The translations under genes and the position numbers were made by a program. Under the pieces are notes generated by a model. That model had not been told where the DNA came from. It saw only the letters and a list, made by a program, of their open reading frames with translations, and made no database searches. A stretch of DNA of 50,287 bases, from contig JAAYQQ010000034.1 in NCBI GenBank assembly GCA_012519255.1, positions 1 through 50,287 on the forward strand, read 5' to 3'. Shown here in pieces: positions 1 to 10,827 of this stretch (its first letter is position 1; every line of letters starts with the position of its first letter). Source of the stretch: Methanobacteriota archaeon. GTDB lineage: Archaea; Thermoplasmatota; Thermoplasmata; Methanomassiliicoccales; Methanomassiliicoccaceae.

Positions 1-458
1 AGGATCTCCCTCTTCACAGGTTCAATGTAGTCTGTGATATCAACGGCGAGATCCCTGGCAACTATCAGGGCGGCCACTTCTGCGTCTACTCCCAGCCGCT
101 CCTGAACCTTATTGATACGGGCGACCGACTCCCGCTTCTTCAGGCCTCCCTTGGAGGTTATGAGTTGAACCAGTTCGGCGAACACGGAGATCTCCTCTTT
201 TTCTCCCGTCAGAACGTCTTTGCTCGGCCGGAATGAAAGAGGGGCCTCTACATCTTTGTAATCAAAGGTAGGTTTAAGATAGGTATCTGTTCGGGCCAGC
301 AGGCCTTGCTTGATGGACAGATCCATCAGTCGCTGCGCCTCTTGAGGGGTGAACCACCGAAAGTCCAGAGAGACAGCGAATTGAAACTCCGCCTCGGTGA
401 GTATATTCTTTCCTTTGCGCTTATATAATACTGCTAGGCAGGTCTCCAGTTCTCCCAT
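1..458 (-). CDS. DUF2240-family protein (3' end runs off the window)
   Basis: Not in ORF track. Manual translation from ATG at 458: MGELETCLAVLYKRKGKNILTEAEFQFAVSLDFRWFTPQEAQRLM...FDYKDVEAPLSFRPSKDVL...VDAEVAALIVARDLAVDI, with no stop before the window edge. The SLDxxWFTP and P.xF.P motifs match the archaeal DUF2240 family. Confidence 0.75.
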   Translation of the reverse strand, partial: MGELETCLAVLYKRKGKNILTEAEFQFAVSLDFRWFTPQEAQRLMDLSIKQGLLARTDTYLKPTFDYKDVEAPLSFRPSKDVLTGEKEEISVFAELVQLITSKGGLKKRESVARINKVQERLGVDAEVAALIVARDLAVDITDYIEPVKREI

Positions 459-726
459 GTCATTCTTTCCGAACGCCCCTTTCCATATTTCAATCTCCCT
501 CTGCCCCCATCTCTATTCCCTCACCAAGAGAACATTCGGAGAGAAGTGTATGCAATTATTCGCGAGGTATGTTCTGGATCATTTCTCCCAGCGTGTACCA
601 AAATTTAGCATGAGAATCCTTAGAATGAAGGCATACACGCTATTATTATATAGAAGAACAAACATTCAACGCAAGCCTAGCTAGAAATTGCTAGCTTAGA
701 TACTATCTGACATTGGAGGTAAATGC

Positions 727-2361
727 ATGGGAATGGGAAATACACCTATACTCCTCCTTAAAGAGGGTACCAGGAGGGACAAGGGCAAGGACGCTCAGTA
801 CAACAACATACAGGCCGCTAGGGCCATTTCTGATGCCGTCCGCAGCACACTTGGACCTCGAGGTATGGACAAGATGCTTGTTGACAGCCTAGGGGATGTC
901 GTCATCACTAATGATGGCGTGACCATCCTAAGGGAGATCGACGTTGACCACCCTGCCGCCAAGATGCTCGTAGAGGTTGCTAGAACCCAGGACGAGCAGG
1001 CTGGCGACGGTACTACTACTGCAGTGATCCTATCTGGTGAATTGCTCAAGAAGGCGGTCGACCTGATCGATTCGAACATTCACCCCACCATTATCGCTGG
1101 TGGTTACAGGCTCGCCGCCACCAAGGCTCAGGAGGTCCTGGACAAGGTGGCCACCCCTGTTGATATTAAGGATACGGAGACCTTGAAGAAGATCGCTGGA
1201 ACCGCTATGATCTCCAAATCTGTAAGCAGTTCCCGTGTAGGTCTTTCCGATCTTTCCGTGAAGGCCGTCACCGCGATCTCTGAGCAGGAAGGGGACAAGT
1301 GGATAGTTGATATGGATAACATCCAGATCGTCAAGAAGACTGGCGGATCCATGAATGATACCCAGTTCATCCAGGGCATCATCATCGACAAGGAACCCGT
1401 CCACCCCGCAATGCCTCACAAGATCGAGGACGCCAAGGTTGCATTGCTCGATGCTGCTATCGAGGTCCAGAAGACCGAGATTGACGCCAAGATCGAGATC
1501 ACCGACCCCTCTCAGATGGCTGCTTTCCTCGCCGAGGAGGAGAACATGCTGCGCAAGATGGTCGCAAACATCAAGGCTTCCGGTGCGAACGTCGTGTTCG
1601 TGCAGAAAGGCATTGATGATCTGGCTCAGCACTTCCTCGCTAAGGAGAAAATCTTCGCTATTCGCAGGGTCAAGAAGTCCGACATGAGCAAACTGGCCAA
1701 GGCTACTGGGGCTACTGTGGTCACCAAGATCGAGGAGCTCACCGCCGATGAACTGGGCCATGCCAGCCTGGTAGAGGTCCGCAAGGTCGGCGAGGATGAG
1801 ATGACCTTCGTCACCGGTTGCAAGAACCCCAAGGCTGTATCTCTCATGCTGAGGGGCGGTACCGAGCATGTAGTTGACGAGGTAGAGCGCTCTCTCGACG
1901 ACGCCATGTCTGTGGTTGCAGTCGCCATAGAGGATGGAATGATGGTTACCGGCGGCGGTTCTACCGCAGCAGAGATATCCATGCGTCTACGCGAGTACGC
2001 CGCTTCCGTGGGTGGTCGCGAACAGATCGCCATCGATGCTTATGCTAGCGCCATGGAAGTCGTTCCTACTGCTCTCGCTGAGAACGCTGGTCAGGACCCC
2101 ATTGACGTCCTTATCAACCTGCGCAAGGCCCACAAGGATGGCAAGATCCATGCTGGCTTGAACGTCTACACCGGAAAGGTCGCTGACATGATGGAAGAGA
2201 ATGTCATCGAACCGATCAGGGTGGGCAGGCAGGCCATCAACTCCGCCACCGATGCGGCGGTCATGATACTCCGCATCGATGATGTCATCGCGGCTCGCAC
2301 CATGGACCCAGGGGCCGGCGGTCCGGGCGGCGCACCCGACATGGGCGGCGACGAAGACTAA
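727..2361 (+). CDS. ths: Thermosome (group II chaperonin) subunit
   Basis: [19 protein letters not shown] and GDGTTT motifs, Gly-rich tail; GGAGGT RBS upstream. Confidence 0.97.
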   Translation: MGMGNTPILLLKEGTRRDKGKDAQYNNIQAARAISDAVRSTLGPRGMDKMLVDSLGDVVITNDGVTILREIDVDHPAAKMLVEVARTQDEQAGDGTTTAVILSGELLKKAVDLIDSNIHPTIIAGGYRLAATKAQEVLDKVATPVDIKDTETLKKIAGTAMISKSVSSSRVGLSDLSVKAVTAISEQEGDKWIVDMDNIQIVKKTGGSMNDTQFIQGIIIDKEPVHPAMPHKIEDAKVALLDAAIEVQKTEIDAKIEITDPSQMAAFLAEEENMLRKMVANIKASGANVVFVQKGIDDLAQHFLAKEKIFAIRRVKKSDMSKLAKATGATVVTKIEELTADELGHASLVEVRKVGEDEMTFVTGCKNPKAVSLMLRGGTEHVVDEVERSLDDAMSVVAVAIEDGMMVTGGGSTAAEISMRLREYAASVGGREQIAIDAYASAMEVVPTALAENAGQDPIDVLINLRKAHKDGKIHAGLNVYTGKVADMMEENVIEPIRVGRQAINSATDAAVMILRIDDVIAARTMDPGAGGPGGAPDMGGDED

Positions 2362-2367
2362 AACCAT

Positions 2368-2387
2368 AGGGGGCCAACCCCCTTTTT
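2368..2387 (+). terminator. Hairpin plus T-tract terminator after thermosome
   Basis: AGGGGG-CCAA-CCCCCT followed by TTTT, 6 nt after the TAA. Confidence 0.65.
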
Positions 2388-2445
2388 AAATTCTTTACAT
2401 TTCTACATCACAACAAGTTCACAATTGCTGGACCGAGGCGCCATT

Positions 2446-2985
2446 ATGGATAAGGCTGACAAGAACGCGGACAGAGGGAAGATCCATGACCTCATCGATG
2501 AGCCAGACTCGTTGAAGGAACAGCTGGACACAGAGCAATCTGAGCTGTCCAAATATAAATCACTAGCTCAGGAATATCTTGATACCGCTCGCCGTGTCCA
2601 AGCCGAATTTGAGAACTATAAGAAAAGGATAGTGAGGGAGCGCGAGGAAATGCTCAGGTACGCCAATGAGTGCTTGCTCGCCGACATCCTAAACATCTAT
2701 GACGACCTCCAGCGGGCCCTCGAGGCGGATTGCACTGCCAAGGAGTTCCGTAGTGGCGTGTCCAAAATACATGACAATCTAACCGCCCTCCTCCGAGAGA
2801 ACAACGTCCGTGAGATAAGTGCGGATGGCAAGTTCGATCCTACCTGCCATGAAGCCCTGGCCGTAGGGGACGGAGAGGACGGCTCAATATTAGAGATATA
2901 TCAGAAAGGGTACTACCTTGGCACCAGGGTGCTGAGGACATCTAAAGTTAAAGTAGCAAGGAGCACAGGTGACAACAATGACTAA
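2446..2985 (+). CDS. grpE: GrpE nucleotide exchange factor
   Basis: [17 protein letters not shown] and [13 protein letters not shown] motifs. ATG at 2446 preferred over TTG at 2425. Confidence 0.93.
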   Translation: MDKADKNADRGKIHDLIDEPDSLKEQLDTEQSELSKYKSLAQEYLDTARRVQAEFENYKKRIVREREEMLRYANECLLADILNIYDDLQRALEADCTAKEFRSGVSKIHDNLTALLRENNVREISADGKFDPTCHEALAVGDGEDGSILEIYQKGYYLGTRVLRTSKVKVARSTGDNND

Positions 2986-4846
2986 GATCATCGGAATAGA
3001 TCTAGGTACAAGCAATTCCGCAGCAGCAATCATGGAGGGCGGCCGGCCCACAATGATCCCAAGCGCAGAGGGGACCAGCCTCAGCGGGAAAGCCTTTCCT
3101 TCATATGTCGCCCTGACAAAAGAGGGCGAACTGTTAGTGGGTGAGCCAGCGAGAAGGCAGGCAGTAACCAACCCAGAGGGAACGATTGCACGGGCCAAGC
3201 GGAAGATGGGAACAGATCACAAGTTCAAGATCAAGGGGGAAGAATATACTCCCCAACAGATCTCTGCATTCATTCTACAAAAGATCAAGCGGGACGCCGA
3301 GGAGTTTCTGGGCCATAATATTTCCAAGGCAGTTATCACAGTCCCGGCTTATTTCAACGATAACCAGCGTCAGGCCACCAAGGATGCGGGAGCCATCGCT
3401 GGCCTTGAGGTCGTCAGGATAATCAACGAGCCCACCGCCGCCGCACTGGCATATGGGCTGAACAATCTGGATAAGAATCAGAAGATTCTGGTCTTCGACC
3501 TGGGCGGTGGAACACTAGATGTCACTATCATGGAGTTCTCTGAGGGCATATTCGAGGTGCTCTCGACCTCGGGCGACACTCAATTGGGCGGCAGCGACAT
3601 GGACCAAGCCATCATCGACCATGTCGTAGGGCAGTTCAGGAAAGATACAGGCATCGACCTGACCGCCGATAAGATGGCCATGTGGAGAGTCAGAGAGGCC
3701 TGTGAGAAGGCCAAGATCGAGCTCTCATCGACCATGAGCACCGAGATCAACCTCCCATTCATCACTGCCGATCAGTCTGGTCCAAAGCATCTCACAGCGA
3801 CCATGACTCGGGCCAAGATGGAAGAACTCGTTAACTCCACTGTGGAACGTTGCCGCGGGCCGCTGCTCAACGCTCTCAAGGACGCCAAACTAACGGCCGA
3901 TCAGATAGACAGCATCATCCTGGTGGGCGGTCCGACCCGCATGCCCATTATACAGCGTTTCGTGGAGTCTGTAGTAGGTAAAAAACTACAGCGCGGCATT
4001 GATCCCATGGAGTGCGTATCCATGGGCGCAGCCATCCAGGGCGCTGTGCTCGCCGGCGAGGTCAAGGACATCCTTCTCCTGGATGTAACCCCTCTTTCAC
4101 TGAGCATTGAGACTCTCGGAGGCGTATCTACCAGGCTTATCGAGCGCAACACGACCATCCCTACCCGTAAGAGCCAGGTGTTCTCCACTGCTGCAGATAA
4201 CCAGACCAGTGTGGAGATCCACGTCTTGCAGGGGGAGCGGGAGATGGCAGCCGACAACGTGTCACTAGGCCGCTTCCAGCTCACCGGCATACCGCCGGCG
4301 CCGAGAGGGATACCTCAGATCGAGGTAACCTTTGATATCGATGCCAATGGCATAATCAACGTCTCGGCCAAGGATCTGGGTACGGGAAAGGAGACCAACA
4401 TCACCATAACTGCCTCCTCCAAACTCTCCAAGGAAGAGATTGAGGACATGGTCAAGCAGGCTGAGCAATTCTCCGATGAGGACAAGAAGAAGCGTGAGAA
4501 GGTTGAACTGCTCAATCAGGCAGACTCAATGCTCTACACTTCCGAGAAGACTCTGGAAGAGCTTGGAGATAAGGTGACGTCCGAAGAGCGGCAGAAAGTG
4601 AAGGAGGCTTCTGATGATCTCCGTGAGGCAATCAAGTCCGATGACCTCGAGGTTATCCGAACCAAGCTGGATGCGCTCACAAAGGAGATGACAACGATCT
4701 CCACCCGGATCTATCAGGCTGCCGCGGCGGCCCAGCAGGCCCAGCAGGCCCAACAGGCCGAGCAGCAGGCCCCGCCCGCTGACGAAGAGAAGGATAGAGA
4801 GAGCAAAGGCGACTTCACCGACGCCGACTATCATATCGTAGACTGA
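2978..4846 (+). CDS. dnaK: Chaperone DnaK (Hsp70)
   Basis: [19 protein letters not shown] and DLGGGTLD motifs. Lacks the N-terminal ~23-aa insert (Gram-positive/archaeal type). Q/A-rich tail. Confidence 0.98.
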   Translation: MTKIIGIDLGTSNSAAAIMEGGRPTMIPSAEGTSLSGKAFPSYVALTKEGELLVGEPARRQAVTNPEGTIARAKRKMGTDHKFKIKGEEYTPQQISAFILQKIKRDAEEFLGHNISKAVITVPAYFNDNQRQATKDAGAIAGLEVVRIINEPTAAALAYGLNNLDKNQKILVFDLGGGTLDVTIMEFSEGIFEVLSTSGDTQLGGSDMDQAIIDHVVGQFRKDTGIDLTADKMAMWRVREACEKAKIELSSTMSTEINLPFITADQSGPKHLTATMTRAKMEELVNSTVERCRGPLLNALKDAKLTADQIDSIILVGGPTRMPIIQRFVESVVGKKLQRGIDPMECVSMGAAIQGAVLAGEVKDILLLDVTPLSLSIETLGGVSTRLIERNTTIPTRKSQVFSTAADNQTSVEIHVLQGEREMAADNVSLGRFQLTGIPPAPRGIPQIEVTFDIDANGIINVSAKDLGTGKETNITITASSKLSKEEIEDMVKQAEQFSDEDKKKREKVELLNQADSMLYTSEKTLEELGDKVTSEERQKVKEASDDLREAIKSDDLEVIRTKLDALTKEMTTISTRIYQAAAAAQQAQQAQQAEQQAPPADEEKDRESKGDFTDADYHIVD

Positions 4847-4856
4847 AGGAACGGTC

Positions 4857-5981
4857 ATGGGCAAACGTGACTACTACGATGTCCTCGGGGTGCAGCGAGG
4901 CGCACCCTCCGGGGACATAAAGAAGGCTTACCGAAAGTTAGCCATGCAGTACCATCCCGACGTCACCAAGGAGGATCCAAAGGAGGCGGAGGAAAAGTTC
5001 AAGGAAATTTCGGAAGCCTATGAGGTACTGGCCGACGAAAACAAGCGTAAGCTCTACGATCAGTATGGCCACGCTGGTGTAAGCTCGCAGTTCCAGAATG
5101 GCAACTTCAACTGGAGCGACTTTTCCCACTTTGGCGATATCCGAGACATCTTCGGTGATCTTGGGGGCTTCGGGAGCATATTTGATATGTTCTTCGGCGG
5201 AGGCCACCAACAACAACGCACCCGAGGCCGCGATATGCGGATGGATATCGAGGTCACTTTGGAAGAGGCGTTCACGGGCACTAAGAAACGCATCACCGTA
5301 CCCAAATTTGAAGAGTGTACCACCTGCAAGGGTACGGGGGCCAAGGATGCCAAGGTTGTCACTTGCCCTGACTGTGGAGGCTCTGGACAGGTTCGACGAA
5401 CCCAGTCCCGCGGCTTCGCTCAGTTCGTATCTGTAGGCCAGTGCTCAAAATGCCAGGGTACTGGTAAGGCTCCTGGGACGCTGTGCCCGGAGTGTGATGG
5501 CCGAGGGATGATCCAACGCACCACCCAGATAGAGTTGAACATTCCAAAGGGAGTAGAGTCTGGATCCCGTCTTCGCATCCCTGGTGCGGGGGAAGCAGGG
5601 AGGCCAGGGGAGAGGCCCGGCGATCTTTTCGTAGGCATCTACGTCAAGGAACATGACGTGTACAGGCGAGATGGAGCCGATCTCCTCATGGATGTGGCAG
5701 TCTCTTACCCTACCATTGCCCTGGGAGGGGACATTGATGTCCCCACTCTCGATGGAACGGCCAAGGTGGCGATTCCCCCATCCACTCAGCCTGATACGGT
5801 GTTCCGTCTAAAGGGATCAGGCATGCCCCGCGGAGACATCCGTGGGGATCTGTACGTCCGTGTGAAGCTAAAGGTGCCACGTAGGTTTAACAGCGAACAG
5901 AAGGAGCTGCTGAAGCGCCTCGCCGAGATCGAGGAGCAGCAGAACAACGGCCCTTTCTCTAGGTTCAGGAAGAAACGTTGA
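4857..5981 (+). CDS. dnaJ: Chaperone DnaJ
   Basis: J domain with HPD, G/F-rich region, four CxxCxGxG repeats. Confidence 0.98.
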   Translation: MGKRDYYDVLGVQRGAPSGDIKKAYRKLAMQYHPDVTKEDPKEAEEKFKEISEAYEVLADENKRKLYDQYGHAGVSSQFQNGNFNWSDFSHFGDIRDIFGDLGGFGSIFDMFFGGGHQQQRTRGRDMRMDIEVTLEEAFTGTKKRITVPKFEECTTCKGTGAKDAKVVTCPDCGGSGQVRRTQSRGFAQFVSVGQCSKCQGTGKAPGTLCPECDGRGMIQRTTQIELNIPKGVESGSRLRIPGAGEAGRPGERPGDLFVGIYVKEHDVYRRDGADLLMDVAVSYPTIALGGDIDVPTLDGTAKVAIPPSTQPDTVFRLKGSGMPRGDIRGDLYVRVKLKVPRRFNSEQKELLKRLAEIEEQQNNGPFSRFRKKR

Positions 5982-6038
5982 GTCCTGTATTGTCCCACAC
6001 TGGAAAGTGTGAAGTAATCAGATTGGACTGCAGGCGAG

Positions 6039-7286
6039 ATGTCCCGGTGGTTTTCTAGGTCGTTGCATAACTTCGACCGCCGACTATGGGTCCTATTCGG
6101 CGGGCGAATGATCTCGGCCACGGGCTTCTCCATCGTCATGCCCTTTCTATCCATTTTCCTCTACACTCAGATGGGTGTGCCCATGACTGTGGTCGGCATG
6201 GTCTTTTTGGGCACTGCCGTTGCCGGAGCAGTTGGGCAGATAATGGGCGGGGAGATGGCAGATCGGCTAGGACGTCGGCCGGTGATGTGGGTCTCCATGG
6301 CCTTTAGGGGAGTCATCTTCCTATTGCTATCCATAGCCATTGCCAACTTCGTTGACCTCATCATCGTCGCTGCCCTGCTCATGGTCTCTTCGTTAATGGG
6401 GTCACTGTTCGAGCCTGCCTCCAACGCTATGGTGGCTGATCTGGTGGAACCGAGCGGGCGGCTAGAGGCGTACAGTCTACTAAGGGTGGGCCAGAACGTC
6501 GGTTGGACCCTTGGCCCCCTCATTGGAGGCATACTGGCAACATTCTCTTATGCATCGCTCTTCGTGGTGACGGCGCTCACCAGCCTTGTGGCAGCATTCA
6601 TAATATTCAAGATGGTCGCCGATCCCCCATCCTCTGCCGCCCCCTCCGATCGTTTCCATCTAGAGGGTCTTCTCAAACTTGGGGAGAATAGGGTGTTCTT
6701 GCTGTTTTGCCTGGCATTCTTTCTTCTATCCATCGTATTGGGGCAGCTGTCGTCGACCTTTGCATTGTTCTCCGAGGATGTAGTAGGCATATCGCTGGTG
6801 GAGCTCAGTTATCTCTATGCGCTCAATGGAGTCATGGTGGTATTCCTGCAGTTCCCCATGGCCAGGTACTTTAATCGGTTCAAAATGTCCCATGTCCTGT
6901 GCGCAGGCGCCGTCATGTATGCTGTTGGCTACCTAATAGTGGGATGGGCCTCGGACATCTGGATGTTAGCATTATCCATGATCGTCACCACCCTTGGGGA
7001 GAACACGACCTCGCCATCGAGCATTAACTTCGTGGCCAATATTAGTCCAGAGCATGAGCGTGGCCGATATATGGGCGTCTCAGGAATATTCCACACTTTT
7101 GGATGGTCAATAGGTCCGCTTGTTGGAGGGCTTCTCTACGACTCACTGGTCTCCCAGCCAATCCTATTATGGGGCAGCATCGCGGCAATAGGCTTTGTCA
7201 GCGCGGGGGCTTATATGTGGCTAGGCAGACTGGCCCCGGATAGTATTGATATGGTATGCGGGGAACTGGCAGGAGCAAAGAGTTAA
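6039..7286 (+). CDS. MFS transporter
   Basis: About 12 hydrophobic segments, motif A (GEMADRLGRR) and ERGRYMG in the second half. Confidence 0.9.
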   Translation: MSRWFSRSLHNFDRRLWVLFGGRMISATGFSIVMPFLSIFLYTQMGVPMTVVGMVFLGTAVAGAVGQIMGGEMADRLGRRPVMWVSMAFRGVIFLLLSIAIANFVDLIIVAALLMVSSLMGSLFEPASNAMVADLVEPSGRLEAYSLLRVGQNVGWTLGPLIGGILATFSYASLFVVTALTSLVAAFIIFKMVADPPSSAAPSDRFHLEGLLKLGENRVFLLFCLAFFLLSIVLGQLSSTFALFSEDVVGISLVELSYLYALNGVMVVFLQFPMARYFNRFKMSHVLCAGAVMYAVGYLIVGWASDIWMLALSMIVTTLGENTTSPSSINFVANISPEHERGRYMGVSGIFHTFGWSIGPLVGGLLYDSLVSQPILLWGSIAAIGFVSAGAYMWLGRLAPDSIDMVCGELAGAKS

Positions 7287-7312
7287 TTCTCTTACCGTTC
7301 ATCTAACGTTGG

Positions 7313-8059
7313 ATGAAGGTCATAGGAGTAATGACCGCCAATTTCCGTTTCTTCTACGAATTGGTTCAGTTGCTAAAAGAATATAAGGAGCCATTCGTGA
7401 CACTAGATCTGGGTGCGGATGTGCCCGGTAAAGTTGGTGTGATCATCACCACCAGGGAAGAGGCATCCAAGATCCCATTTCGAAATGTGGTTGCCGAAGA
7501 TTCACCCATCCTTGCCTATAAGTTGGCGCATGGCAATCTTGGGGGACGAAAATATTTCGACAATCTGATATTTGGTGTAGATCCGGGCAGGCGTCCTGGT
7601 CTGGCCATAATAGGGGATGGCAGGGTTCTCTTTGCCGAGACGCTTGACTCGCCAGAATCAGTGGCCGACGAAATCATCAGATTCAGGCGTTATTTCGACC
7701 ATGGCCGCCTCATCGCCCGTGTGGGCCATGGCGACCCTACCAATCGCGATCGGGTCATCCGCTCAATCTGGAATGCTGTGGACGACATCGAAGTGGTGGA
7801 CGAGCGGAACACCACTCGGCGGACCGATGAACCAGATGCCGATGCCGCCGTCGCCATCGCCCTCACCTCTGGCCGCCGCATGCCCTTTCCCCCAGAGGTG
7901 ATGCCCACCCCTGGAGAGGTTAGGGACATCCAGCGTCTCAGCCGCATCGAGAGCGAGGGGCGCGTCACCATATCCACGGAGCTGGCCGAGGCGGTGGCGC
8001 GCGGCGATCTCACTCTATCTGATGCATTGTTGGTCCAGGGCAGAAAGTCCTCTCGATGA
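7313..8059 (+). CDS. Conserved hypothetical protein with RNase H-like (YqgF/RuvX-type) motifs
   Basis: GVDPG...VDERNTT...DADAAVAI matches the YqgF pattern GxDxG / VDERxTT / DxxAAxxI. Confidence 0.6.
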   Translation: MKVIGVMTANFRFFYELVQLLKEYKEPFVTLDLGADVPGKVGVIITTREEASKIPFRNVVAEDSPILAYKLAHGNLGGRKYFDNLIFGVDPGRRPGLAIIGDGRVLFAETLDSPESVADEIIRFRRYFDHGRLIARVGHGDPTNRDRVIRSIWNAVDDIEVVDERNTTRRTDEPDADAAVAIALTSGRRMPFPPEVMPTPGEVRDIQRLSRIESEGRVTISTELAEAVARGDLTLSDALLVQGRKSSR

Positions 8060-9575
8060 CCGTACTCTTGGAGATATACGGTAGCTTGGCCAGGATCATC
8101 CCTTCCACGGTCATTGGATTCATCGTGCGAGAGAGATCAATGGCCATGTTCAGCTTGGCGCGGTTATCTGCGTAGATGGTGAACAGCGGCTCGCCCTCAT
8201 CCACCCGGTTTCCTCTCTTCTTGTGGAGCAAGATGCCCGCTCCCTTATCCTTCGGTGCCCCGGCAGCACGGGCCAGCTGAACCAATTGTCTGTTCTTTAT
8301 GGCGTTCACGTACCCGCACATCTTGGACAGGACATCATAGGTGTACTCCCCGACCGGAATATCCTCTGAGGATATGTTGGGATCACCGCCCTGGGCAGCC
8401 ACGATCTCCCGGAACTTCTCCAGGGCCTGTCCGGACATGAGGATCTCTCTTGCCCGAGCCTCTCCCCTCTTGATCCCTCCCATGTCTAGAATCATGCCAG
8501 CCATGCCCGTGGCCTTCTCAATGACGCTACTTGGATGGAGCTCGCCTTCCAGGATGCGGATGGCCTCACGAGCCTCCAATGCTGGCCCTATGGCCCGGCC
8601 AACAGGCTGATCCCCGTAGGTGATGGCCACTTCCACATGTATGCCCAGGCGCTCTCCCAGTTCGACAAAGTCCTTGGCGAAAGCCTGAGCCTTCTCCATG
8701 GTTGGCACCTTGGTCCCCGCTCCCACCGGGATGTCGATCGCCAGGAAATCCGCCCCTACAGCCTTCTTCTTGCTCATGACCGAGGCTAGTAACTGGGCGT
8801 GAGGATCAATGCCAAGAGGGTACTCTACCCGGATGATGAGATCATCGGCGGGGGCAAGGTTCATAGAACCGCCCCAGGCCAGTGTCCCTCCGGTAGACTC
8901 AGCGATTGTACGCAGCCGATTGGCATCGAGGTCGACACCAGTGAATACCTCAACGATATCTGCGGTCCCGGCAGCCGAGCTAATTGCCCTAGATGAGGTC
9001 TTGGGCAACAGCAATCCTGCGGCTGCTACGATGGGGACGACAATGAGGGTGATCTTGTTTCCAGGACAACCGCCGATGGAGTGGAAGTCGAAAACGGGAG
9101 AACGGTCGAACTGGATGGTCTCCCCCGTCTCCACCATAGCCATGGTAAGGTCAGCGGTCTCGCGAAGATTCATTCCGTTGATCTCTAGGGAAGTGACGTA
9201 GGCTGTAAGCTCGATACTGCTGAGATTGCGCTCGGCTATATCCATCACGATTGCCCGTATCTCTTCGGTTGTAAGTTCCTTGCCAGCCATTTTCTTTTTA
9301 ATGAACTCGACCGAGGCAGGCCTTGATGTGGCCACGACCTCAATGACCTCATCTGCTTCTGGCCCGAGCTCTCTATAGGCGCGGCCAAGGATGCCCACCT
9401 CTCCCCTCTGCACTATTGTATCGGTGGTGTGCACAACAGTGACGACGGCGCTTCGCTCATGTTTAACACGTACGCGATCCTGCTCCCTTACTCCAAGCTC
9501 CTTGGCATCATCTACGTGCAGTACGCTGGTGTACTCGGCCGTTTCCATATCGATATATTTCGCTTTGAGTTGCAT
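8010..9575 (-). CDS. AMP phosphorylase (thymidine phosphorylase family)
   Basis: HSIGGCPGNK, KTSSRAISSAAGTAD and QPVGRAIGPALEA motifs, with the N-terminal extension typical of archaeal AMP phosphorylase. Alternative start at 9587. Confidence 0.93.
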   Translation of the reverse strand: MQLKAKYIDMETAEYTSVLHVDDAKELGVREQDRVRVKHERSAVVTVVHTTDTIVQRGEVGILGRAYRELGPEADEVIEVVATSRPASVEFIKKKMAGKELTTEEIRAIVMDIAERNLSSIELTAYVTSLEINGMNLRETADLTMAMVETGETIQFDRSPVFDFHSIGGCPGNKITLIVVPIVAAAGLLLPKTSSRAISSAAGTADIVEVFTGVDLDANRLRTIAESTGGTLAWGGSMNLAPADDLIIRVEYPLGIDPHAQLLASVMSKKKAVGADFLAIDIPVGAGTKVPTMEKAQAFAKDFVELGERLGIHVEVAITYGDQPVGRAIGPALEAREAIRILEGELHPSSVIEKATGMAGMILDMGGIKRGEARAREILMSGQALEKFREIVAAQGGDPNISSEDIPVGEYTYDVLSKMCGYVNAIKNRQLVQLARAAGAPKDKGAGILLHKKRGNRVDEGEPLFTIYADNRAKLNMAIDLSRTMNPMTVEGMILAKLPYISKSTVIERTFCPGPTMHQIE

Positions 9576-9577
9576 TT

Positions 9578-10816
9578 TTATCCCCATTTCTTTATGGCTT
9601 CATGAAGTTCTTTGTGGTCTTTGCTGTATTCTATAAATGGTATTCCTGCAGATGCGGCGTCAACCGCCTGGGCCATGGCCCTTGCTCCATCTCTGACTCC
9701 GCCCGGGTGGCCGGCCACTCCCCCTCCTGCCTGTACCTGGATATCCAGGCCGGCAATCTTTACAAGTGGCTCGATGAGGGCGGGATGCATCCCGCCAGAG
9801 CACACGGGCATTACTGGTCGATATGGCATTGTCGGGTCCACACAGGCCTGCTGGTTGGCCAGATCCTCCTCTGCGCGACCCTTCATCTTTCCCACGCCGA
9901 AGGTACCGACGTGGAGTGCATCGCCCCCGCACATGCGTACTAGTTTGGAGAATACTGCCATGGCAATCCCCAATTCAGGATTGCGCGTCATGGCGCCATG
10001 CATGGTGCGGTGTACGTGGATGGGCACCTTGATGGAGGGGTCTTCGGCCAGTGCCTGCACCGCTCCGAAACCGCAGGTGAGGACATCGACCATAAGCTCC
10101 GTGGCCCCGAGTTCTTGAGCTCGTTCCGCCACTTCCACGATCTGGTGGCCATTGGTAGACACGTTTATGGCGTGTATCATGGTGTGTCCAGTCTCTTGCT
10201 TGACGCGATCGATGGCTTCGGCGATCGCGACCACGCGATCTTCCAGCGGGCAGAACTTCTGATTCGACAGCGTCTCATCGTCCTTGCCGTTGGTCAGGCC
10301 CCCCATGCCGGACTCGTAGATATATTCGGCATAACCCTTCGGCGAGAGCCCGATCTTGGGCTTGACGATGGTTCCTACCAGTGGTTTGTGGGGCCGCTTA
10401 AGGATGCTTCTCATCCCCTCTATGCCAAACTTGGGGCCCTTAAACTCCCCCAGGATGGAACGGGGAAAAGACACGTCCTCCAGTCTTACGCCCTGTATCG
10501 ACTCCAGGCCAAAGAGGTTGCCTGCGATGACGCTGAGGATCTGCGGCACCCCGCCTATATCCATGGAGAAATCCTCCTCTGGGAAGGCGATGGTTGCGAT
10601 GTTGCCGGAGATGTCAGTGACGCGCCCTCCATATTGTTCGAGGATCTTGTCGTTGAGTGTGGCGATCCCCGTCCAGGTGCCGGTGGACTGCTCTGTGGCA
10701 ATGGCCACGGCAGCCTCTCTCATGTCCATCTGGGTTTTGATCTTATATTTGCAGATGACGTTGGCATCGGGATCGGCTTCCTCTCCCAGATGCAGATATT
10801 TATTTGAATATTCCAT
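9578..10816 (-). CDS. rbcL: RuBisCO large subunit, form III type
   Basis: Catalytic residues present: EQSTGTW, GN, KPKIGL, KDDE, HVHRTMHG, loop-6 GKM, SGG, AGGG. Flanked by the other two AMP-pathway genes. Confidence 0.9.
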   Translation of the reverse strand: MEYSNKYLHLGEEADPDANVICKYKIKTQMDMREAAVAIATEQSTGTWTGIATLNDKILEQYGGRVTDISGNIATIAFPEEDFSMDIGGVPQILSVIAGNLFGLESIQGVRLEDVSFPRSILGEFKGPKFGIEGMRSILKRPHKPLVGTIVKPKIGLSPKGYAEYIYESGMGGLTNGKDDETLSNQKFCPLEDRVVAIAEAIDRVKQETGHTMIHAINVSTNGHQIVEVAERAQELGATELMVDVLTCGFGAVQALAEDPSIKVPIHVHRTMHGAMTRNPELGIAMAVFSKLVRMCGGDALHVGTFGVGKMKGRAEEDLANQQACVDPTMPYRPVMPVCSGGMHPALIEPLVKIAGLDIQVQAGGGVAGHPGGVRDGARAMAQAVDAASAGIPFIEYSKDHKELHEAIKKWG

Positions 10817-10827
10817 ATATAGTCTCC

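Noticed and set aside
604-630. TTAGCA... upstream of thermosome as a CIRCE element
   Set aside because: Only the first 6 nt match TTAGCACTC, and the right arm GAGTGCTAA is absent.
1030-1869. Long antisense ORFs (e.g. 1030..1869, 9998..10807, 41680..42366)
   Set aside because: Shadow frames of well-conserved genes, caused by codon bias; no motifs.
4720-4775. GCCCAGCAG tandem repeats
   Set aside because: They encode the ordinary low-complexity Q/A tail of DnaK; not a CRISPR or mobile repeat.
9578-10816. RuBisCO-like protein (form IV) or evidence of a Calvin cycle
   Set aside because: Catalytic residues and AMP-pathway neighbours indicate form III. No phosphoribulokinase is present in the window.
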